This document shows positions 57,978 through 64,000 of a stretch of 64,000 nucleotides of DNA, piece by piece; the first letter of the stretch is position 1; each line of letters opens with the position of its first letter. Source of the DNA: an uncultured Alphaproteobacteria bacterium (GTDB lineage: Bacteria > Pseudomonadota > Alphaproteobacteria > RF32 > CAG-239). The stretch is taken from NCBI GenBank assembly GCA_944391615.1, contig CALXUE010000006.1, positions 17,665-81,664 of the forward strand, given 5' to 3'. A program made the translations under genes and the position numbers. Below the pieces are notes generated by a model. It saw only the letters and a list, made by a program, of their open reading frames with translations. It did no database searches and was not told the origin of the DNA.

Positions 57978-60034
57978 TATTGTAACACCCATTTAATAAG
58001 GTTATAAGCAAAAGAGACAATCATGGCCAACACCGCAAAAATAGTAGCTAATTTAAGAGCGGCAGCTTTAGCAGATTCTTCAAGTTTAGCAGAGTTTCCG
58101 GAAATTTTGCTTTTTTCCAAATTAAGCAAATTAAATTCATTTAAGACGGAGGCAAAACCATTGCGATCTTTTTCCAAAGTCTGTTCATTTTCTAATAGAT
58201 TGTAAATTTCATAAATTTTACCGGCCGGATAAGTTTTAAGCAACTCTTTTTCCAAATATCGCTGATATTTTTTGTTATGATAAATTTGGATCATCGGTTT
58301 TGCAAAATTAGCCAACCAGTGAGCAAGATTAACGAGCTTAGTCGGTCCGAACTTAGTCTGCATCATAGCATAGAGTTGCAAGATAGAGCTAGCTTTAACT
58401 TCATTACGATTGGAGTTTAAGCCCGAAATAAATTCATCAATTTTTTTGCCCATTTTGCAACGCAAAAAGGCAACAATCATGCGGTCATAAGGCTGAGCCA
58501 TAATATTAGTTTGGTCAAATGCGGCATCCAAAGCTTTTAAGACCTGAGGAGCACTAGAAACAAATTCTTTTTCGAACAAAGGACTAATGCAAGGAATATC
58601 TGCATCCAAGTCATAAATAATGCGTTCGATTCCATAGCCGATTTCTTGGCGCATAATATACACCCTAAATTCCGTAAAGTTCGAAGGCGTTCGCAAATAC
58701 TCCTGATCTTGATACCAAAGCTTAATCAAGTCGGAAGAAAAAATTTCAATAAATTCTTTAATAGATTTTTTAGCCTTAACGGCGCTAAACACGGCTTTAG
58801 CAACACCATCGGGAAAGAAAGTTATATTTTTGTATCGAATAGGAAACAGCTTATCAATCAAGATAGAAATTCTGGCGATGGTGAGGTCCTTGTTTCCGGC
58901 AGAAGCTTGTTCTTGTTTAACGATAGATTCGATTTGCGCGGTTAGTTTTTCGTTTTCGAGACCGTTTTTAGCCCAATCGGCAATTTTCCCCTGCATAATA
59001 AGGCTATAAGCTTCATCGGGGTAGAGTTGCATGGTATAAACCACATCATGAGGCATATACACTTTTTCACCGTTAATATTAAGGGCGCGTTTGGGGCGTT
59101 CTAGGGAAGCAGGCGAGTTAAGGTTGACCTGTTTTCCATCAAAAACGTTTGCCACTTGAGTATGCCCCCAACGAAAAGAAGGCACATCTTGCAGCAAGCC
59201 TCTAAAGACGGTAGAAAACTCGGTAGGAATTTTTTCAAGAGCATTAAAAAAAGAAAAACTTCCTTTTTTAATTTTTTGGCGCAAGATTTCAGGTCCCGAC
59301 AAATTAATAGCCAAATCATGACCGAGGAAGAGACACAAGGCCGTAACGGCGGCAGAATACACGTCATTTTTATCATTTCCGTTACCTCTGGCATCTTTGT
59401 CGGCATAAATACTTTCAATAGTTTCAAAAACAGGGGGCTGATGAAACGCCGGAAAAGAGGCAGCACAGTCTCCGAGGATAATTTCACTTTTGTTTTCATC
59501 ACTAAAATAGAGATTATCGGTACGGATGGCACGATGTGTGATATGCATACTTTTCATCACATCAATAAGTTCCAAGATATTGAGCAAAGTTTGCTTAAAT
59601 TTATCATAATTATTTTTGAAGTTGATGGTACACACGCCGTTTTCAAAAACCTTACCGCCCAAAGGCATAGCATAAATCAAAGCCATTTTGTGCGTTTTAT
59701 CTTGAGGAAAGAAGATAGTGCCAAAATCGAGCAGTTTCATAAGAGCAGGATGTTCAATAGACTTCAGATAAGGCAAAACAGAAAGTCTGGGACAAGTATC
59801 ATTAGAGCAAATCAGAGCAAAAAGTTTGCGAGCGGAATCAATTCTGTCAGAGACACCAAAAGCGATAGCATTATTATTATTGAGGTGAGGCAAAGGTTTA
59901 GAAAAATCAATTTCATATCTTTCTTTAAACAACACTTTAGTGTCGGATTTTTTTTCCGTATCCGTAGCGGCGGCCTTACTTTCAACTTCTGTTGCAGTGT
60001 CGGGCACATTCAAATCAATATTTTCGTCCGTCAT
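57977..60034 (-). CDS. Protein-kinase-fold protein with degenerate catalytic motifs (probable pseudokinase or atypical kinase) plus a long C-terminal helical region
   Basis: KERYEI (kinase N-lobe-like), HITHRAIRTDNLYF (in the HRDLKPxN position, with the Asp replaced by Ala), ILGDCA (in the DFG position) and DVYSAAVTALCLFLG (subdomain IX-like) are present. Confidence 0.5.
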   Translation of the reverse strand: MTDENIDLNVPDTATEVESKAAATDTEKKSDTKVLFKERYEIDFSKPLPHLNNNNAIAFGVSDRIDSARKLFALICSNDTCPRLSVLPYLKSIEHPALMKLLDFGTIFFPQDKTHKMALIYAMPLGGKVFENGVCTINFKNNYDKFKQTLLNILELIDVMKSMHITHRAIRTDNLYFSDENKSEIILGDCAASFPAFHQPPVFETIESIYADKDARGNGNDKNDVYSAAVTALCLFLGHDLAINLSGPEILRQKIKKGSFSFFNALEKIPTEFSTVFRGLLQDVPSFRWGHTQVANVFDGKQVNLNSPASLERPKRALNINGEKVYMPHDVVYTMQLYPDEAYSLIMQGKIADWAKNGLENEKLTAQIESIVKQEQASAGNKDLTIARISILIDKLFPIRYKNITFFPDGVAKAVFSAVKAKKSIKEFIEIFSSDLIKLWYQDQEYLRTPSNFTEFRVYIMRQEIGYGIERIIYDLDADIPCISPLFEKEFVSSAPQVLKALDAAFDQTNIMAQPYDRMIVAFLRCKMGKKIDEFISGLNSNRNEVKASSILQLYAMMQTKFGPTKLVNLAHWLANFAKPMIQIYHNKKYQRYLEKELLKTYPAGKIYEIYNLLENEQTLEKDRNGFASVLNEFNLLNLEKSKISGNSAKLEESAKAAALKLATIFAVLAMIVSFAYNLIKWVLQ

Positions 60035-60157
60035 AAATCAAAAACCTGTTTCAAACAAATACTTATAGGATAAGATAACCAAAAAAGATTAACAAACCGC
60101 AAAAATTTAATTAATAACTTTTTAAAAAAGAACGGATAAATTATAAAAAGAACAAAA

Positions 60158-61360
60158 ATGACAGAGGCAGAGAAGATGACAAAATCAAAACATGCCATAC
60201 CCACATCACTAGAAGATCTGGAAGAAATATCCCAGCACCCCACACCGATTAAGGCAGATTTATCGGTTTTGGAGCACGCGCAAAATTATCACATATCGCT
60301 GGATGGGCTGGAGAGTATTTCAACCCCAAGCGCAGACTTGAGTGTGCAGCAGCCAAAATCAAAGCCTGCCGTATCACCCAAGGCCGTAAAAGCAGATATG
60401 CCCGATCAACAAGAGCAGACAAGCCCCATGGCCGCTTCATCCAATTCCAAAGAGGCGTTAACCCCCAATATCACGGGGCACCTAAATTTGGAGCGCGTTG
60501 ATTTACCGTTAAGAGAAGTGATTCGCAAAATATTTTGGCGCTCGTCGCGCCCGATTGTTGTTATCAGCGATGACAAAATCGTTTATGTCAATCCGTCATT
60601 TTTAGAGTTAGTGGGCAAAGAAACGGAATATGACGTACTGGAAAAAAATTTTTTTGAGTTTGTCTCGCCCGAATATTGGGACAAGCTTTCAACCGGCATA
60701 GGCGATGTTTTAACCAAGAATCAAGCCATACAAATAGGCATAAAGGGCAAACTCGGCAAAGTAATCCGCCTCAATTTTGAAGGTATATATATAACGGATG
60801 AGCACACATTCAGCTTTATATTAATAGGAATGTTGGCCGAAAAGAAGAGCTATGCGGCCGGATTATATAATGAAAAGACAGGGCTTCCGAGCTATGAGTT
60901 GCTGCAAGACCGCATCAAGATGTCTATTGATGCCCGCAGCATAGACAGGTTAAGTTTGGGTCAAAACATCAGTGCACTTGCCTGCATACACATAGAGGCG
61001 GCAGATTTTATGGATGATTTCAAATCCATGTCCATTTTGAAGCGCATATTTGAGCGTCTTCTAAGCAGTCTCAACAAGCATTATACCTTAGCGCACGGGG
61101 AAGATGACAAGGAGTTTTGGATATATATACCAACCATAAGCACTATGGAAAAATTATCAACCGAAATGCAGTATATTAAAGACTTGTTTGAAACGCCGGT
61201 TGAAGAAAATTACAGTCCCACCCGATTCAAAAGCTACATGGGGGTGAGTACTTATCCCGAGCCGGCAACATCAGCCAAAAAGCTGGTGGAAGAAGCCAAG
61301 CTGGCTAATCAAAAAGCCCTTCAAAACGATGACGGAAAGATTGTATATTTCGGAGCTTAA
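60158..61360 (+). CDS. PAS-domain-containing protein with a degenerate GGDEF-like C-terminus (signalling protein)
   Basis: It has a PAS-like block (IVVISDDKIVYVNPSFLELVGKETEYDVLEKNFFEFVSP). The C-terminus has no intact GGDEF or EAL motif. Confidence 0.4.
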   Translation: MTEAEKMTKSKHAIPTSLEDLEEISQHPTPIKADLSVLEHAQNYHISLDGLESISTPSADLSVQQPKSKPAVSPKAVKADMPDQQEQTSPMAASSNSKEALTPNITGHLNLERVDLPLREVIRKIFWRSSRPIVVISDDKIVYVNPSFLELVGKETEYDVLEKNFFEFVSPEYWDKLSTGIGDVLTKNQAIQIGIKGKLGKVIRLNFEGIYITDEHTFSFILIGMLAEKKSYAAGLYNEKTGLPSYELLQDRIKMSIDARSIDRLSLGQNISALACIHIEAADFMDDFKSMSILKRIFERLLSSLNKHYTLAHGEDDKEFWIYIPTISTMEKLSTEMQYIKDLFETPVEENYSPTRFKSYMGVSTYPEPATSAKKLVEEAKLANQKALQNDDGKIVYFGA

Positions 61361-61365
61361 TCTTT

Positions 61366-62109
61366 TTATAAATCAAGGGGCTCACCCAAGCGCAAAACAC
61401 GGTGAGACAAAGGGGTGTATTGCCCGTCATCATTATGGATAACAATGCTGGGATGGATGACAAGGGGCGCTTTAGAGTCTTTTTGCGCAGAGATAAGAAC
61501 ACGCTTTGCTTGAGTTTGTTCAGGCTTTGAAAACAGTGGAATAACATGAATGTTTCCCGTTTTTTTATGGAGAGCAAACAAAATGTCATCCAAAGCTTCA
61601 GCACGATTAATCAAATAGAGTTTTCCTTGAGGGGCAAGCATTTTAATACAAAATCCAATCCACTCAAAAAGAGAGAGAGTAGAAAAGTTATGTGCGGTTG
61701 CTTTGCTCTTGTTAGGTGATGGCATATCTAAAAGAGCATAGGGAGGGTTGGATATCACATGGTTAAAACTGCAAAATTGTAAACCATCGGGCAGGGGAGC
61801 GGCAATGTCAGTGTTTATAAATTTCACAAAGTCAAAGCCGTTTTCTTTTGCGCTGATGTTAGAGAGCTCGGCCAGTTCGGGCTGAATTTCCAAACCGGTA
61901 ATAGAAATATTTTTGTTTTTGAATCTTTCAGCTAAGCAGAGTGAAATAGCCCCTGTACCGGAGCCGACATCCAAAATTTTTTCATGAGGTTTAACACCAG
62001 ATAAAAGAGCCGAAAGGAAGACCGCATCGGTAGATGCGCGGTATCCATCAAGGGGTTGAAAAATTTTAACTTTCTTGTCGAGCAAATAATCCTGACTGTA
62101 ATTTTGCAT
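61366..62109 (-). CDS. Class I SAM-dependent methyltransferase with an NPPY motif (TrmN6/YfiC-like or HemK-like)
   Basis: Motif I is ILDVGSGTGAISL and motif IV is VISNPPY. The 247-aa length fits. Confidence 0.6.
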   Translation of the reverse strand: MQNYSQDYLLDKKVKIFQPLDGYRASTDAVFLSALLSGVKPHEKILDVGSGTGAISLCLAERFKNKNISITGLEIQPELAELSNISAKENGFDFVKFINTDIAAPLPDGLQFCSFNHVISNPPYALLDMPSPNKSKATAHNFSTLSLFEWIGFCIKMLAPQGKLYLINRAEALDDILFALHKKTGNIHVIPLFSKPEQTQAKRVLISAQKDSKAPLVIHPSIVIHNDDGQYTPLSHRVLRLGEPLDL

Positions 62110-62195
62110 AACACCTCAAAAATCGGTTGACTAATAAAAGCACGGAAGTTAAAATAGCCTAAAATAAAAAATAAATCAAATCAAAAGAGGAACAA

Positions 62196-62861
62196 ATGAT
62201 AATCAAAAACATATTCTGGGATGTAGACGGCGTGTTGGCTAACTTAAATTACGCGTACTATAATTTTTTGACCAAGCATCCCAAATATGCACCGCTTTAT
62301 AAGGATATGAAATGGTCTGACTTACCCAAAGTTCTTCCTGTGGCAGAAAAATACGGAGCCTTGGAGTTAAAGACACATCCGAGCTTGGGCATAGAGATGG
62401 ACAAGGACTTTTGCGGCAGTTATGAGTTTTTTTCCAACCGCCCGCTATACCCGAATGTGATTGAAACATTGAAAGAATTGCATAACTTGGGGTACAAACA
62501 GTTTACCATGTCGGCAACTTTTGATGTTGAAACCAAGAAAAAATTATTAAACCATTTGTTGAAAGACGTGAGTGATTTTTTGACCATAGAATGCGTTCAG
62601 CATGGCAAATTTATGCACGATTCGGCCAAAGAAGATATGTTGAAAGCCTGCTTTGAAAAATATGGCCTAAAGGCGGAAGAAACCGTTTTGGTTGATGACA
62701 GAATATACAACCAGTATGCCGCGATAAACGTTGGGGTGCATCCGGTCAGAATGCGGAGCGAGTTCACCACCGACCTGCCGGCAGAATTGAACTGGATTCC
62801 CGAGGTGAGGGATGTTGTTGAATTTAAAAACTGGCTACTCGCCAACACCACAAGAGAATAA
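62196..62861 (+). CDS. HAD-superfamily hydrolase (5'(3')-deoxyribonucleotidase-like)
   Basis: The N-terminal DxDGV motif (WDVDGVLAN) is typical of the HAD phosphatase family. Confidence 0.5.
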   Translation: MIIKNIFWDVDGVLANLNYAYYNFLTKHPKYAPLYKDMKWSDLPKVLPVAEKYGALELKTHPSLGIEMDKDFCGSYEFFSNRPLYPNVIETLKELHNLGYKQFTMSATFDVETKKKLLNHLLKDVSDFLTIECVQHGKFMHDSAKEDMLKACFEKYGLKAEETVLVDDRIYNQYAAINVGVHPVRMRSEFTTDLPAELNWIPEVRDVVEFKNWLLANTTRE

Positions 62862-62867
62862 AAAATA

Positions 62868-62897
62868 AAGGCTGTTGCTTCCCCAACAGCCTTTTCT
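62868..62897. terminator. Bidirectional hairpin terminator
   Basis: AAGGCTGTTG-cttcccc-AACAGCCTT is flanked by T/A runs. Confidence 0.5.
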
Positions 62898-62900
62898 TCT

Positions 62901-63791
62901 TTAGAAAGCAATCACTGGACGAGCTATGTAAACATAATGATAATAACCAGTAAATCCATCATAAATACTATCTCCGGTATTCGTGTGATTTATTGATGTT
63001 TTATTTTCTTCACCCCTCCCATATAAATAAGCCTTTTGTTTATCTATCGCTGTTGAAGTCCAATAATAGACATTATAAACATGTTGCTGATGGTTTCCAT
63101 GGCTATTTGAATAGTCATAAAGAGGTTTTTTATTTATTTTCTTAATAGTATCATTGATGGTACTTTTGTGAGTGCTAATATAGTTAAACTCCACAAAAGA
63201 TGGCAAATGCCAATCTCCGGCACTTGTACCGGCGGTTTTATATTCATAGGCATATTCCACTGCCGGACAGCTTTTACCGTTTGCTTTACAATATTCATAA
63301 ATAACTCGGGTGTTTTTTTTCCCCCATCCATCATATGCATAATCATTCGGATGCAAATCGAGCCCTGGGATATCAAAAGCAGTCGTTGACCACGCAACAT
63401 TTTCTTTTTCCTCCAAAGCCACAGCCAAATAGTTTGTCACATCAAACACCACGCCGATTGGCTCTTTGGTGTAAACCACGTCTGTGTTACAGCTAAAATC
63501 ATCATACAAAATATCACCAACTTTGCAGTTTACCTTGTTTTCATTATTGGAGCCTTGCTGAATTTTTTTGATTGTGGTTTCAAGTTCGGTAATTTTGTTA
63601 TTAAACTCTGTTTTAATATCATTAATGCTGCAGTTCCAAGCGTTGCCAAACGGACACTTTGTTCCCCCCGAACAAGACGAACTCGAGGTGTAGCCCAAGC
63701 TTGAGCAGCTTGGCGTTTGAATACACGCCGCCTCAGCCACGCCACTTAACCCCACCACCAAAGCTGAACTCATTAATAAAATCTTTCTCAT
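62901..63791 (-). CDS. Cassette 4 gene B (paralog with the Cys N-module and a DUF1566-like C-terminus)
   Basis: The start is at MRKILLM with RBS GGAGGAG; the longer tracked ORF is an out-of-frame read of the A-gene 3' end. The N-module is AACIQTPSCSSLGYTSSSSCSGGTKCPFGNAWNC, the coiled coil is KITELETTIKK, and the C-terminus is AGDWHLPSFVEF...YYWTSTA...YIARPVIAF. Confidence 0.7.
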   Translation of the reverse strand: MRKILLMSSALVVGLSGVAEAACIQTPSCSSLGYTSSSSCSGGTKCPFGNAWNCSINDIKTEFNNKITELETTIKKIQQGSNNENKVNCKVGDILYDDFSCNTDVVYTKEPIGVVFDVTNYLAVALEEKENVAWSTTAFDIPGLDLHPNDYAYDGWGKKNTRVIYEYCKANGKSCPAVEYAYEYKTAGTSAGDWHLPSFVEFNYISTHKSTINDTIKKINKKPLYDYSNSHGNHQQHVYNVYYWTSTAIDKQKAYLYGRGEENKTSINHTNTGDSIYDGFTGYYHYVYIARPVIAF

Positions 63792-63825
63792 TTTCTCCTC
63801 CATTATAATAATTAAACTTTCCTCT

Positions 63826-64000
63826 CTCTTGCCCTTATTCAAAAGCGCAGTAGTTGCAATAATCGGTACAACCCGTTTTACAGCCCGAAACGACATATAA
63901 GTTTGAACATTCCTCAAACGTGCAGACCGTACACGGCGGACATTCACTTTCTGTACCCAAATTCGGGCAAGGCTTGCAACGTGAGCATTTTGTCACACTC
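63826..64000 (-). CDS. Cassette 4 gene A, 3' portion (continues beyond the window end)
   Basis: The reverse-strand translation ends ...CTDYCNYCAFE-stop, matching the C-termini of the other A genes. The ORF is open to the window edge. Confidence 0.6.

Noticed and set aside
62901-63947. Long N-terminal extension of the cassette 4 B ORF (MNVRRVRSARLRNVQ...), and 40485-40823
   Set aside because: These are out-of-frame read-throughs of the 3' ends of the A genes. The real B starts are the ATGs 8 nt after GGAGGAG (63791; 40723).

Overview
This 64-kb window is a low-GC (about 38-40%) chromosomal segment. The gene content (GcrA, MotA/MotB, RpoH, OmpR-family regulators) points to an Alphaproteobacterium; the secreted/effector-like gene content may indicate host association, but that is inference. 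Most of the window is a conserved housekeeping backbone: ffh (3' end)-rpsP-rimM-trmD-rplS, an Asd-like gene, an MscK-like channel, a MurD-like ligase, tRNA-Thr, fba, bfr-like, rpe, motAB, gcrA, pgsA, uvrC, ispA-xseB, rnd, aspS, secA, rluD, rpoH, dtd and corA.

The most striking feature is a two-gene cassette that recurs four times (about 26.7-28.5 kb, 34.0-35.8 kb, 39.7-42.0 kb and 62.9 kb to the window end). Gene A encodes a signal-peptide-bearing, extremely cysteine-rich protein of about 280-290 aa with no recognisable domain. Gene B encodes a secreted protein with a conserved Cys-motif N-module, a short coiled coil and a C-terminal domain resembling DUF1566 / Fib_succ_major (Legionella Lcl C-terminal type). 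The three cassettes whose upstream region lies in the window are driven by the same near-consensus sigma70 promoter (TTTACA-17 bp-TATAAT) with a conserved upstream direct repeat; the first three are followed by related terminator hairpins. Cassettes 1 and 2 are inverted copies flanking a 5.4-kb housekeeping block. Cassette 3 abuts a minus-strand operon encoding a VirD4/TraG-family type IV coupling protein plus five uncharacterised proteins (two with paralogous membrane modules, one with 27-bp tandem coding repeats); no VirB/Dot core genes are in the window.

Other second-look items are: an Asd paralog lacking the catalytic cysteine, a kinase-fold protein with degenerate catalytic motifs in a membrane-protein operon, an orphan phage-type N6-adenine methyltransferase next to tRNA-Thr, a structured intergenic candidate sRNA, tandem paralogous unknowns in the motAB operon, and a small YjfB-like ORF absent from the ORF track. 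No CRISPR array, transposase or integrase was seen.
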